Assembly: GCA_964632485.1 (NCBI GenBank)
Contig: CAZWDO010000003.1
Location: forward strand, 1-64,000
Length of the DNA stretch: 64,000 bases
Direction of reading: 5' to 3'
Source of the DNA: an uncultured bacterium
Lineage (GTDB): Bacteria > JAGOEH01
Under the pieces are notes generated by a model, which made no database searches, was not told the DNA's origin, and saw only the letters and a list, made by a program, of their open reading frames with translations. Positions 9,610 through 19,607 of the stretch are shown piece by piece; the first letter of the stretch is position 1, and each line of letters begins with the position of its first letter. The translations under genes and the position numbers were made by a program.

Positions 9610-10533
9610 ATGACCCGGGAAATTAAAATGATCATCGCTTTTAGCGCTATCTATTTTATATGGGGCTCGACTTATTTGGCAATTGCATACGCTATAGAAA
9701 CTTTACCTCCTTTTCTGATGGCGGGAGTTCGTAATTTAATAGCGGGTGGAATTTTGATGATATGGGCATTCCGACAAGGCCCCGTCATTCTTACCTTAGC
9801 CCATTGGAAATCAGCGGTTATTATTGGCGGTCTGTTATTCTTATGTGGAAATGGCGGGGTGGTCTGGGCGGAACAAAAAGTTCCTTCGGGGATTGCAGCA
9901 TTGATTATCTCTACAATTCCTTTGTGGATGGTCGTACTCAACTGGATAGGACACGATAAACTTCACCCTGGGAAGCGGGTCCTTAGCGGATTGGCTCTGG
10001 GATTTATCGGAATTATTATGCTAATTGATCCAGGTAATGTAATCGATTCATTGGATATTGATCTGGTTGGAACTATTGTAATTGTGGTGGCTGCCTTTTG
10101 CTGGTCCGCTGGTTCTCTTTATGCTCGTCGGGCCGAGATGCCGAAAAATCACTATGCCTCGACCGCGATTCAAATGTTGTCCGGAGGGATTTTATTGCTG
10201 GTCTTCAGCATGGGCGTTGGTGAATGGCAGGAATTCCATATTGCGTCAATTTCCTTTAAATCGCTGATGGCGGTACTATATTTGATTGGTTTTGGTTCAT
10301 TGATCGCGTATAGCGCTTATAACTGGTTATTGAGAAATACGACGCCTGCAAAGTTGGCTACTTACGCGTATGTCAATCCGGTGATTGCTATCCTTTTGGG
10401 GTGGTTGTTGGCCGGCGAGCCGCTTTCCCTTCGCATCTTATTTGCCGCTCTTATAATCCTTTCAGGGGTGATTCTGATAACCGCTCAACAACTATTGGAT
10501 TTTAAAAAAAAGAAAGCCAATCGGCGGGCTTGA
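9610..10533 (+). CDS. EamA/DMT transporter (YedA-like)
   Basis: IYFIWGSTYLAI, YAYVNPVIA; about 10 TM; start 9610 preferred (AAGGA SD, downstream of the promoter). Confidence 0.9.
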   Translation: MTREIKMIIAFSAIYFIWGSTYLAIAYAIETLPPFLMAGVRNLIAGGILMIWAFRQGPVILTLAHWKSAVIIGGLLFLCGNGGVVWAEQKVPSGIAALIISTIPLWMVVLNWIGHDKLHPGKRVLSGLALGFIGIIMLIDPGNVIDSLDIDLVGTIVIVVAAFCWSAGSLYARRAEMPKNHYASTAIQMLSGGILLLVFSMGVGEWQEFHIASISFKSLMAVLYLIGFGSLIAYSAYNWLLRNTTPAKLATYAYVNPVIAILLGWLLAGEPLSLRILFAALIILSGVILITAQQLLDFKKKKANRRA

Positions 10534-10678
10534 ATATTTATTTTCTTTCCGCCAGCTTTTCAGAATCAAAAAAATGCTTAAATTAACCAGCGCTGGAAAT
10601 ATCGCGGATTCTATATTCGCTTCAGGAAGGATACTATTGTGATTCTTGTCAATTTCAATTCTTAAAGGAGGTACTCGG

Positions 10679-11878
10679 ATGGAAGGGTACTCATTGTTGT
10701 TATTAGGTTTTCTAATAATCGGATCGAAAATTTTTTCCCATTTTTTTTCAAAATGGAACTTACCCCCTATTCTGGCGATGATTTTGATCGGAATTTTAAT
10801 CGGGCCGTCGTTGATGAATCTTCTTCCCTTGCCGGTGAATGGAGCTGGTGGGGAAGATTATGTTCGAATGAAGTTTCTTGCGGATATTGGCGTAATCTTT
10901 CTCTTATTTCTGGCGGGTGTCGAAACGGACATGGAACAGATGAGAAAAGTGGGTTTGAATGCCTTGCTGATCGCATCCGGTGGGATCACACTTTCCTTTA
11001 TTTTAGGATTTTCCGTAGGTTATCTGTTCACGGGGGATATGCTACTTTCGATACTATTGGGCATACTATTAGTCTCCACCTCGGTTTCAGTTTCGGTAAT
11101 GTCTTTGATGGAGTTGAAAAAAATCCAAACAGTGGAAGCGACGACTATTATCGGGGCGGCTATTATGGATGATATTATCGGGCTGGTTGTCGTGACTATT
11201 TTTATTGGTTTTTTAGGAGCTTCCGGGAGTGAAGGTTCCAGTATGTTGATGACCTCACTAGGGATATTAGGGAAGATATTTGCTTTTTTTGTAGTTTCAG
11301 CTTTGATGGGGATTTTTGTTATTCCGCCTGCAATAAGCTGGGCTAACCGTTTAAATACAACGACGCCGATGATTTCCCTGTGTCTTGGATTTATTTTTAT
11401 TTTCGCCTGGGCGGCTCCTCAAGTGGAAGTTGCTTCAATTGTCGGCGCCTATCTCGTTGGCTTATTTATTGGCCAAACCAAATTTAAGTCCAAAGTCGGC
11501 GAAGAAATCAACACGATCGCTCAGGCCTTGTTTATCTGTCTCTTTTTTGTTTTCGTGGGTGTGGAGACCAATCTTCGTTCCGGTAAAATCGATTTGCTTT
11601 TCAGCCTATTTTTTCTTCTTGCGGCGGTGTTTGGTAAAGTCTTCGGCAACGGATTGGTTGCGCGGCTAACGGGATTTGACTGGAGAAGGTCCATGCGGGT
11701 CGGTTTTGGCATGATCCCCCGTGGAGAAGTGACATTAATTATCGCCGGGCTGGTATCTACTGCCGACACGCCTTTGAAGAAGGCCTTTCATTCTTCCCAT
11801 TTTTTTGCGTCCGTTTTTGTAGTAATCGGCACCGCGGTGGTTACGCCCTTATTGTTAAAATCTGCTTTTAAAGATTAG
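10679..11878 (+). CDS. Cation:proton antiporter (CPA2, NapA-like)
   Basis: LLFLAGVETD, STSVSVS, AAIMDDIIG, MIPRGEV; AAGGAGG SD before ATG 10679. Confidence 0.9.
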   Translation: MEGYSLLLLGFLIIGSKIFSHFFSKWNLPPILAMILIGILIGPSLMNLLPLPVNGAGGEDYVRMKFLADIGVIFLLFLAGVETDMEQMRKVGLNALLIASGGITLSFILGFSVGYLFTGDMLLSILLGILLVSTSVSVSVMSLMELKKIQTVEATTIIGAAIMDDIIGLVVVTIFIGFLGASGSEGSSMLMTSLGILGKIFAFFVVSALMGIFVIPPAISWANRLNTTTPMISLCLGFIFIFAWAAPQVEVASIVGAYLVGLFIGQTKFKSKVGEEINTIAQALFICLFFVFVGVETNLRSGKIDLLFSLFFLLAAVFGKVFGNGLVARLTGFDWRRSMRVGFGMIPRGEVTLIIAGLVSTADTPLKKAFHSSHFFASVFVVIGTAVVTPLLLKSAFKD

Positions 11879-11887
11879 GAGCCTGTT

Positions 11888-12703
11888 ATGTTACACCGGT
11901 TTATCGATAAGTCGTTGATTTTTATCAATCCGACGACCCGGAACAAAAAAGAATTATTTCATAAAATCACGCAAAAAGCGTTGGAAATGGGATTAATTTC
12001 TGCGACGGATGAAATTATGAAAATAGTCGAAGAAAAAGAAAAAACCCAAGTGATGGAATTGAAGCCGCATTTTGTTTTCCCTCATGTCCGTTCAGAGACA
12101 ATTACGAAATTATTTGTGATTATTGTGGTCTCTCAAAAAGGAATACCGTATGAGAAGGCTAAAAAAAATATGGCGCAGGTAGTTTTGTTTGCGGGTATCC
12201 CTAAAGATGACCATGAATATCTGAAACTGCTGGCCGCGATTTCCCGATTGTTTTCCAAGGAAGAGTTCGTCAATGACCTGTTAAAGAGCCAGGTAGAAGC
12301 GGACGTAATTTACAATATTAGAAAATATTCATTTCAGGCGGGAATAATCAACCAGAATCCCAAGAAAAATCTGGTAGTATTGATACTAAACACCGAAACT
12401 GACAATAAAAAAATTGCCTCGTATTTAATGGAGATTGGGATTGAACAGCCGACGATGATCGACGGAGAGAATTTGGGAAATGTTGCTTATTTTATTCCCT
12501 TTCTATCGATGTTTGGCGGCAAGGGTTTTAATAAATACAATCACGTTTTTCTGGGTATTAGCGATGATGACAGCGCGGCTTCCAGGTTGAATGAAATTTT
12601 GCTATCCGAAGGGATCAATGTTCGCGACAATGGAGTCGGTTCACTTTTTCAGGTTTCCTTAGCCGATTCCTACGGAGGATTTGGCGAGGATATTTTACTT
12701 TAA
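11888..12703 (+). CDS. PTS EIIA-domain protein with a C-terminal P-II-like domain
   Basis: FPHVR phospho-His motif and YLKLLAAISRL; C-terminal LVVLILN...EIGI..PTMIDG...GVGSLFQV resembles the P-II-like fold. Confidence 0.7.
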   Translation: MLHRFIDKSLIFINPTTRNKKELFHKITQKALEMGLISATDEIMKIVEEKEKTQVMELKPHFVFPHVRSETITKLFVIIVVSQKGIPYEKAKKNMAQVVLFAGIPKDDHEYLKLLAAISRLFSKEEFVNDLLKSQVEADVIYNIRKYSFQAGIINQNPKKNLVVLILNTETDNKKIASYLMEIGIEQPTMIDGENLGNVAYFIPFLSMFGGKGFNKYNHVFLGISDDDSAASRLNEILLSEGINVRDNGVGSLFQVSLADSYGGFGEDILL

Positions 12704-12713
12704 GAGAATCAGG

Positions 12714-14402
12714 TCAAGGCGCTTGATACACGACCCGGCCGCCGACCATTGTCAAAACAACTTTAGTTTCCAGCCACTGCTGCGGGTGGGTTTTGAAGAT
12801 ATCATGATCCAGGACAATCAGGTCTGCCAATTGTCCCGGTACAAGGGTTCCTTTATGGTATTCCTGCATTTCTGCGTAGGCTGGACCCTGAGTATAGGCG
12901 CGGATGGCCTGTTCTAGGCTTAATTTTTCCTGAGGATGCCAACCGCCGACAGGACCGCCTTCGGGGGCTTCACGGGTTACAGCGGCATAAATGCCCAGTA
13001 ACGGATTAAGCGGTTCGACAAACCAGTCAGTGCCGAATGCAAGATGGACACCCGCTTTAAAAAAACTGGCGCATCGATAGGCCTCCCAATGGCGTTCACC
13101 AATTCGTTTTTCCGCCCAGCGCATATCGTCGATGGCATGGGAGGGTTGAATGGAGGCAATAACCCCCAGGTCCCGAAAACGGGGTAAATCGGCGGCTGTA
13201 ACGCTTTGGGCATGTTCAATCCGATGTCGGCGATTTGTCCGCCATGGATTGGTTGTTTGAGCCTTTTCATACGCATTAAGTAGCCAGTGCACGGCCTGAT
13301 CGCCAATAGCGTGGCACGCAATCTGAAACCCTGAAGAATCGATGCGGAGCACGAGTTCCGTCAGTTCCTCCATGGAGTAGATAGGAATTCCCCGGGTAGA
13401 GGGGTCATCATCATAAGGTTCAAAAAAGAGAGCGGTGCCGGCGCCCAATGAACCATCGGCAAACAGTTTAATCGTACCTAACCGAAGATAATCGTCGCCA
13501 AAAGGGGCTGAGATGCCGATTTGACTTATGGTTTCCCATTTGTCCACGCTCATCCAGGCATTAATGCGTATGGGTAATTTGTTTTCCCGCCGCAGTTGTT
13601 GATAAATGATGAAATCATCTCGGGATGTGTTATCCTGGATACTGGTGACACCAAGGGACAGAGCGTGTTGTATCGCAGTTTCCAACGCTTCGCGCCGTCG
13701 AGCCATCGTGGTGGTGGGGATTACGCGGCTCACGAGATAGATCGCGTTGTCTTTCAAAATTCCGGTGAGTTCTCCTGTTAGTTCGTCATGTTCAATCTCA
13801 CCGCCCTGAGGGTTGGGGGTGTTTTTATCAACACCCGCCAATTTTAAAGCCAGGCTGTTGGCCAGCGCGATATGGCCGTCCAGTCGCTGGACCAGAACGG
13901 GATGGTTAGGGGTGATCGAATCGATGAGCGATTTGTGTGGAAACTTTTTCACAGGCCAGTTTTCATGGTCCCAGTTGCCATCAGTAATCCATGCGCCTAC
14001 TGGCAATGTATCAGAATAGGTTTTAATTAATTGCGAAAAATCATGGGGGTCTTTTGCCGGGCGCAGATCGATACCCAGTAGATAAAACCCGCCGTCCGCC
14101 ATGTGCAGATGGGCATCGTTAAAACCGGGCAGAACTAACTGCCCCTTCAGATCAATAACACGTGTTTCCGGTCCTTTTAAACTGCTGATTTCCTGATTCG
14201 TTCCAATCGCGTTAATTTTCTCTTCCTGAATAGCCAGCGCCTCCACCCAAACGGGATTGTCCATTCCGGTAAATATTTTACCATTAATGATTATTGTTTC
14301 AGCCATAACAGAATACCTGCTTTCTGCAAAAAGGGTGAGTGAAAAGAGCTGAGCGCTCACTAAAACGCAACCGATTCTAAAAAAAATAGAAAAAAAACGC
14401 AT
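12714..14402 (-). CDS. Amidohydrolase 3 family (YtcJ-like), secreted
   Basis: [34 protein letters not shown] motifs; signal peptide. Confidence 0.9.
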   Translation of the reverse strand: MRFFSIFFRIGCVLVSAQLFSLTLFAESRYSVMAETIIINGKIFTGMDNPVWVEALAIQEEKINAIGTNQEISSLKGPETRVIDLKGQLVLPGFNDAHLHMADGGFYLLGIDLRPAKDPHDFSQLIKTYSDTLPVGAWITDGNWDHENWPVKKFPHKSLIDSITPNHPVLVQRLDGHIALANSLALKLAGVDKNTPNPQGGEIEHDELTGELTGILKDNAIYLVSRVIPTTTMARRREALETAIQHALSLGVTSIQDNTSRDDFIIYQQLRRENKLPIRINAWMSVDKWETISQIGISAPFGDDYLRLGTIKLFADGSLGAGTALFFEPYDDDPSTRGIPIYSMEELTELVLRIDSSGFQIACHAIGDQAVHWLLNAYEKAQTTNPWRTNRRHRIEHAQSVTAADLPRFRDLGVIASIQPSHAIDDMRWAEKRIGERHWEAYRCASFFKAGVHLAFGTDWFVEPLNPLLGIYAAVTREAPEGGPVGGWHPQEKLSLEQAIRAYTQGPAYAEMQEYHKGTLVPGQLADLIVLDHDIFKTHPQQWLETKVVLTMVGGRVVYQAP

Positions 14403-14420
14403 GGAAGCCTCCTTTTTTTG

Positions 14421-14449
14421 AATATATTATCTTTTAGTGGGTAAGTCAA
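14421..14449 (-). promoter_or_regulatory. Sigma70-type promoter of the amidohydrolase gene
   Basis: TTGACT-17-TATATT. Confidence 0.6.
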
Positions 14450-14463
14450 GTTAAAAAAAATAC

Positions 14464-14492
14464 TTGACAGGTGATAGTTTTTCAATTATAAT
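14464..14492 (+). promoter_or_regulatory. Consensus sigma70 promoter upstream of the small ORF and hydCBA
   Basis: Perfect TTGACA-17-TATAAT. Confidence 0.8.
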
Positions 14493-14531
14493 ACTTATAG
14501 GAATATCCTTATCAATGAAAAGGAGTAAACA

Positions 14532-14780
14532 ATGCGCGCCGGAGCTGTTAATTCGACCGGTTTTATGGCCAAATCATCCGCCCGTAATACGCAGATAGTC
14601 ATATCTGCGCAAAAGGGAAATGCCAGAGAATTACAATCCCAGGTTGACACTGCTACAACACAGGTGCTGAAACGAGCATATATGCCCTTTGAGGCGATTC
14701 AGCGCGACATGTACCTGAAAAATGGCGGTTTGATGGGCTTGGGGCTGGCTGTCGGTTCATCTTTGGATAAAACTGGTTGA
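14532..14780 (+). CDS. Small protein, YjfB-like (putative motility family)
   Basis: AAGGAG SD; Q..V....VLKRA core and terminal GSSLDKTG resemble the YjfB G..ID.. tail. Confidence 0.5.
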   Translation: MRAGAVNSTGFMAKSSARNTQIVISAQKGNARELQSQVDTATTQVLKRAYMPFEAIQRDMYLKNGGLMGLGLAVGSSLDKTG

Positions 14781-14865
14781 TTTTTTCGTTTTATTCATCC
14801 ATACTTGTTTGTAAATTTTGTTAAAGGGATAGGTATTATTCTTTTTTTGTTCCAAAGGAGGCCCT

Positions 14866-15354
14866 GTGTCCGAACAGAAAAAATTATCGGCAGAACAATT
14901 TCTTGACCGGTATTTAGAAATGCATCCCACTTTGCAAAAGCATCAACTTATCATGGTTTTGCAGGATATCCAGGATCATTTCGGTTATTTGCCGGAAGAT
15001 GCGCTGAACCTGGTTTCAGAGAGGTTGCGTGTGCCTCGCGCCCGAATTTACGGGATTGCCACTTTTTATTCTCAATTTCGGTTAAAACCGCTTGGCAAAT
15101 ATGTGATTCAGATTTGCAATGGAACTGCCTGCCACGTTAAGGGAGCGCCGGCGCTGATCGATGAACTGGAAGGGTTTCTGGGGATAAAAAATGGGGAAAC
15201 GACCAGTGATGGCAACTTCACCCTATTAACTGTCAATTGTATCGGGGCCTGCGGATTAGCCCCTGTCATCATGATTAATGAAGAGATATATGGTAAGGTT
15301 ACTGCTGATAAGATCCACGAGATTGTCAGCTCTCTCAAGGCAGGTGAAGCATGA
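14866..15354 (+). CDS. hydC: [FeFe]-hydrogenase gamma subunit (NuoE-like, 2Fe-2S)
   Basis: CNGTACHVKG and NCIGACGLAP; AAGGAGG SD with GTG start. Confidence 0.9.
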   Translation: MSEQKKLSAEQFLDRYLEMHPTLQKHQLIMVLQDIQDHFGYLPEDALNLVSERLRVPRARIYGIATFYSQFRLKPLGKYVIQICNGTACHVKGAPALIDELEGFLGIKNGETTSDGNFTLLTVNCIGACGLAPVIMINEEIYGKVTADKIHEIVSSLKAGEA

Positions 15355-17243
15355 GACCGATCGGATTTGAAACCCCCAATCGAGATTTTGTTTATCAGGC
15401 GCTTGGATTGCAGCCCGTTAGCGAGAGTGTGGCTGAGGGCAGTTTCTGCGCGATTTTCAATCGCCAGAAAAATCTCTTTGACCATTATATACTGCTCTGC
15501 AGGGGTACAGGTTGTCAGGCTTCGGGGGAACCGCGTCTTTTCCAGAAATTTAAGGAGCGTTTGGAGGCCAGGGGAATTGACGATAAGGTTCTGATGGTTG
15601 AGACCGGTTGTCGGGGATTATGTGAGATGGGTCCATTGGTGGAAATTTTGCCGGAAAACATTTTTTATTGTCAGGTGAAAGATGAAGATATCGATTTGAT
15701 TATTGAAAAGACAATTGTGAATCATGAAATTGTTTCAGAGTTGCTTTTTGATAAAACTTATATCCACGCGGAGGAAGTGCCATTTTATAAAAAGCAACAC
15801 CGTTTAGTTTTGGAAAACTCGGGGGTTATTGATCCGGAGAATATTAATGACGCGGTCTGCCATGGTGGTTATCAAGGTTTGAAACGAGCGCTTTTTGAGA
15901 ATACACCCGAGCAGGTCATTCAGGCAGTCGCTAAAGCTGGTTTGCGAGGGCGAGGCGGCGGGGGATTCCCAACGGCAAAAAAATGGGAGCTTACCCGCGC
16001 GCAGAATGAAAAAGACAAATATCTGATTTGCAATGCTGATGAAGGAGATCCCGGGGCTTTTATGGATCGTAGCATTATTGAAGCCGATCCTCACCGCTTG
16101 CTGGAAGGAATGATTATCGCGGCTTATGCGATCGGCGCGGGAAAGGGTTTTGTATTTGCCCGGGCAGAATACCCTTTAGCCATTAAACGGTTGAAAATTG
16201 CCATCGAGCAGGCGCGGCAATTGAATCTGTTGGGGGCGGAAATAATGGGCAGCGCCTTTAGTTTTGATATTGATATTATACAGGGGGCCGGAGCGTTTGT
16301 CTGCGGTGAAGAAACCGCTCTTATCGCTTCCATAGAGGGCAAGCGTGGAATGCCCACAATCAAACCGCCATATCCATCCTCGCATGGGTTGTTTGGCAAA
16401 CCCACCAATGTGAACAATGTGGAAACATTTGCCAATGTTCCATTGATTCTTAAAGATGGCGCTGAAAAATATGCCGCCATTGGAACGGCTACCAGCAAAG
16501 GAACTAAAATTTTTGCTTTAACCGGAAAAGTTAAACATACGGGATTGGTTGAAGTTCCCCTGGGTATTACGATTCGGGAAATTGTTTATGATGTTGGGGG
16601 AGGGGTCCCTGATGGCCGGGCGTTTAAAGCGGTCCAGACAGGCGGGCCGGGCGGGGGATGTATTCCTGCGGAATTCTTGGATTTGCCGGTCGATTTTGAA
16701 TCCCTTAAGGGGATTGGAGCCATCATGGGTTCAGGCGGACTGGTTGTATTGGACGAGGATACTTGCATGGTAAGTTTTGCAAAATATTTCCTGAATTTTA
16801 CCCAATTTGAATCGTGTGGGAAATGTATTCCCTGTCGGGAAGGCACCAAGCGCATGTTGGAGATTTTGGAACGAATTACGACGGGGCATGGCACGATGAA
16901 AGATCTGGATCGTTTGGAAACACTGTCTATGGTTGCCAAGTTGACATCAGCTTGTGGCCTTGGCAGTTCCGCGCCCAATCCGGTGCTTAGCGCTCTCAAG
17001 TATTTCCGGGAGGAGTTTGTGGCTCATATCCGGGATAAAAAATGCCCGGCCGGAAGCTGTAAAAACTTCATTACCTATCATATTTTACCGACCTGCCGCG
17101 GATGTACCCTTTGCGCCCGGGTATGCCCGGTGCAAGCGATTGTGGGGGAACGCAAAAAACAGCATCTTATTGATCAGCAAAAATGTATCAAATGTGGTGA
17201 ATGTTTCCGTAAATGTCCCTGGAAATGCATTGCCCGAGGTTAG
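15351..17243 (+). CDS. hydB: [FeFe]-hydrogenase beta subunit (NuoF-like; FMN/NADH, Fe-S)
   Basis: GLRGRGGGGFP, CNADEGDPGAFMDR, GAGAFVCGEETAL, ESCGKCIPCREG; N-terminal 2Fe-2S domain and C-terminal 2x[4Fe-4S]. Confidence 0.93.
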   Translation: MRPIGFETPNRDFVYQALGLQPVSESVAEGSFCAIFNRQKNLFDHYILLCRGTGCQASGEPRLFQKFKERLEARGIDDKVLMVETGCRGLCEMGPLVEILPENIFYCQVKDEDIDLIIEKTIVNHEIVSELLFDKTYIHAEEVPFYKKQHRLVLENSGVIDPENINDAVCHGGYQGLKRALFENTPEQVIQAVAKAGLRGRGGGGFPTAKKWELTRAQNEKDKYLICNADEGDPGAFMDRSIIEADPHRLLEGMIIAAYAIGAGKGFVFARAEYPLAIKRLKIAIEQARQLNLLGAEIMGSAFSFDIDIIQGAGAFVCGEETALIASIEGKRGMPTIKPPYPSSHGLFGKPTNVNNVETFANVPLILKDGAEKYAAIGTATSKGTKIFALTGKVKHTGLVEVPLGITIREIVYDVGGGVPDGRAFKAVQTGGPGGGCIPAEFLDLPVDFESLKGIGAIMGSGGLVVLDEDTCMVSFAKYFLNFTQFESCGKCIPCREGTKRMLEILERITTGHGTMKDLDRLETLSMVAKLTSACGLGSSAPNPVLSALKYFREEFVAHIRDKKCPAGSCKNFITYHILPTCRGCTLCARVCPVQAIVGERKKQHLIDQQKCIKCGECFRKCPWKCIARG

Positions 17244-17255
17244 AGGAGATACACT

Positions 17256-18995
17256 ATGGATAAAAAAACATGTAAAATTCGGATTGACGGGATTTATACC
17301 GAGGTCCCGGAGGGGATTACGATACTTAAAGCCGCAGAATCGATCGGCATTAAAATTCCCACATTATGTTATGATGAGAAATTGAGTGTCAGCGGCGCTT
17401 GCCGGCTTTGCTCCGTGGAAATCAAGAGCAATGCTGCATTGGTACCGGCCTGCGCTTATCCTGTTTCTCAGGGCATGGAGATTTATACCCATTCCGCTAA
17501 AGTGTTGCGGTCCCGGAAAACAATCATTGAACTGCTCCTGGCCAATCACCCCCAGGATTGCTTGATCTGTGTCCGCAATGGGAATTGCGAACTCCAGAAA
17601 ATTGCGGAAGAATATGGAATCCGCGAGTGGCGGTGGCAGGGTGAAAAACGTCACAATCCGATCGATAGTTCCTCTTCGGCCATTAAACGACAGCCTGATA
17701 TGTGCATTCTTTGCGGTAAATGCGTTAAAGTCTGCAAGGAAGTGCAGAGTGTTTACGCCCTCGATTTTTCTGGACGAGGATTTAACACCGTCGTTTTGCC
17801 CGCGTTTAACCAGCCGTTGGCGGATACGGTCTGTGTGCTTTGCGGTCAATGTTTACTGGCATGTCCTACCGCGGCGATTGTGGATAAAAGTTACACCAAA
17901 ATCGTGCGGAAAGCGTTGGATAATCCTGAAATGTATTGTGTCGTACAGGTTGCGCCGGCAATCCGCGCTTCTATCGGCGAAGAATTCGGTATGGCGCCGG
18001 GAACTTTAGTTACGGGGAAACTGGTAACCGCATTGAAACGCATGGGTTTTAAGCTGATTTTTGATACGGTGTTCGGCGCTGATGTTGCGGTTATGGAAGA
18101 AGGAAGCGAATTAATCGAACGGATAAAACAGGGCGGCCCCTTTCCGATGTTTACGTCCTGCTCCCCAGGCTGGATCAAGTTTATGGAACATTTTTATCCC
18201 GAATTTATTCCCAATATGTCGTCCTGCAAATCACCGCAGCAGATTACCGGAATATTAGTTAAAACTTATCTTGCGGAACGGATGAATATCGATCCGGCGA
18301 ATATTTTCAATGTGTCAATCATGCCGTGTTCAGCCAAAAAATTCGAAATCGAACGGCCGGAACTCCGCCTGGAAAACGGAATTAAAGAAGTGGATGCAGT
18401 GCTGACGACCCGGGAACTGGCCCGGTTGCTTAAAACCTATGGCATCAATCTGCCGTTACTCGAAGACGGCGAGTTTGATCAACCTCTGGGCGAAACCTCC
18501 GGCGCCGGGGTGGAATTCGGTGTCACCGGCGGGATGATGGAAGCTGCGTTACGAACTGTGGCCGAAAAACTGGGGGGTGTTGACCTGAGAAATGTAGAAT
18601 TCAGTGTAACCCGCGGGTACCAGGGTGTTAAGGAAGGGTCTGTTTTTGTCGGTGATTTGGAGCTAAAAGTCGCGATTGTCCATGGTTTGAAGAATGCCCG
18701 GTTGATTCTGGATAAAATTAAGTCAGGGGAAACGTTTTATCATTTTATTGAGGTCATGGCTTGTCCCGGAGGTTGTGTGGGTGGCGGAGGCCAACCCCTC
18801 AACACCAACGATGAAATCCGTAAACTTCGTATTGCCGCCATATATCAGGAAGACCGCGCGAAACCCATTCGCAAGGCCCATGAAAATCCCGCCATTAAAG
18901 ATTTATACCGCTCCTGGCTGGGCGAACCGATGAGTCCAAAATCCCATGCTTACTTACATACCCATTATGGACCCCGCAAACCCCGGGGTGTGTAA
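17256..18995 (+). CDS. hydA: [FeFe]-hydrogenase catalytic alpha subunit (group A3)
   Basis: H-cluster motifs FTSCSPGW, MPCSAKKFE, EVMACPGGCVGGGGQP; N-terminal 2Fe-2S, His-ligated 4Fe-4S and 2x4Fe-4S. Confidence 0.95.
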   Translation: MDKKTCKIRIDGIYTEVPEGITILKAAESIGIKIPTLCYDEKLSVSGACRLCSVEIKSNAALVPACAYPVSQGMEIYTHSAKVLRSRKTIIELLLANHPQDCLICVRNGNCELQKIAEEYGIREWRWQGEKRHNPIDSSSSAIKRQPDMCILCGKCVKVCKEVQSVYALDFSGRGFNTVVLPAFNQPLADTVCVLCGQCLLACPTAAIVDKSYTKIVRKALDNPEMYCVVQVAPAIRASIGEEFGMAPGTLVTGKLVTALKRMGFKLIFDTVFGADVAVMEEGSELIERIKQGGPFPMFTSCSPGWIKFMEHFYPEFIPNMSSCKSPQQITGILVKTYLAERMNIDPANIFNVSIMPCSAKKFEIERPELRLENGIKEVDAVLTTRELARLLKTYGINLPLLEDGEFDQPLGETSGAGVEFGVTGGMMEAALRTVAEKLGGVDLRNVEFSVTRGYQGVKEGSVFVGDLELKVAIVHGLKNARLILDKIKSGETFYHFIEVMACPGGCVGGGGQPLNTNDEIRKLRIAAIYQEDRAKPIRKAHENPAIKDLYRSWLGEPMSPKSHAYLHTHYGPRKPRGV

Positions 18996-19010
18996 ATAGC
19001 ATTGAACGTG

Positions 19011-19046
19011 GGGCCAGCTCTTCAATCAATCAACAGGAGCTGGCCC
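19011..19046. terminator. Hairpin between the convergent hydA and hemerythrin genes
   Basis: GGGCCAGCTC / GAGCTGGCCC perfect 10-bp inverted repeat. Confidence 0.65.
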
Positions 19047-19076
19047 ATTGTCACTTTGTAATTCTTGCCAAAGATA

Positions 19077-19484
19077 CTATTTTACACCTTTTTCAATAAA
19101 AAAAAGGCTGTATTTTTTATCGGTACCCAGGATATGATTTTGGACCCATTCATTGAGGAATTTCATCACTTCGGTTGTTAACATAATTTTTCCTGATTCG
19201 AAATCCCGTTGGAATTTTATGGCATGCTGGACAAACGAAGCATGTTCTGTAAAATGGGATTCCGCATCAGGATAATGGAACTGCTTCATCAATTTTTCCT
19301 CAGTTTGGAAATGTTCGCTGGTATAAGCAATCAAAGCCTGAAGGGTCTTTTCAAGTTTATCTTTGCCTTTTCCCTGGCGCATGGCATCATAGAGCTCATT
19401 GAGGTAAGAAATGAGTTTCTGGTGTTGCGCATCAATCGTGGCGAGACCGACGCTAAATTTTTGATCCCATTGCATAATCGGCAT
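19077..19484 (-). CDS. Bacteriohemerythrin
   Basis: Complete ligand set IDAQH, HFQTEE, HFTEH, HILGTD; AAGGAG SD before ATG 19484. Confidence 0.93.
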   Translation of the reverse strand: MPIMQWDQKFSVGLATIDAQHQKLISYLNELYDAMRQGKGKDKLEKTLQALIAYTSEHFQTEEKLMKQFHYPDAESHFTEHASFVQHAIKFQRDFESGKIMLTTEVMKFLNEWVQNHILGTDKKYSLFFIEKGVK

Positions 19485-19607
19485 ACACAACTCCTTTTTT
19501 TTGTTCCGGTTGATTGCCGGACCCGCTTAGAATCGTAGGTGTGGTGATCCAGTTTTTGGCTTCCGCGCTGTTTTTAGTTTTTAGAGCTTGTGTGAATTTT
19601 GTTCCTA

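Noticed and set aside
14470-14486. Rex operator in the hydrogenase promoter spacer
   Set aside because: Too many mismatches to TTGTGAA-N4-TTCACAA.
19491-19607. c-di-GMP-II-like riboswitch upstream of hemerythrin (GCGGAAGC...CAACCGG)
   Set aside because: Only fragmentary resemblance; the GGGCAC/GTGC core pairing is missing. An Infernal search would settle it.
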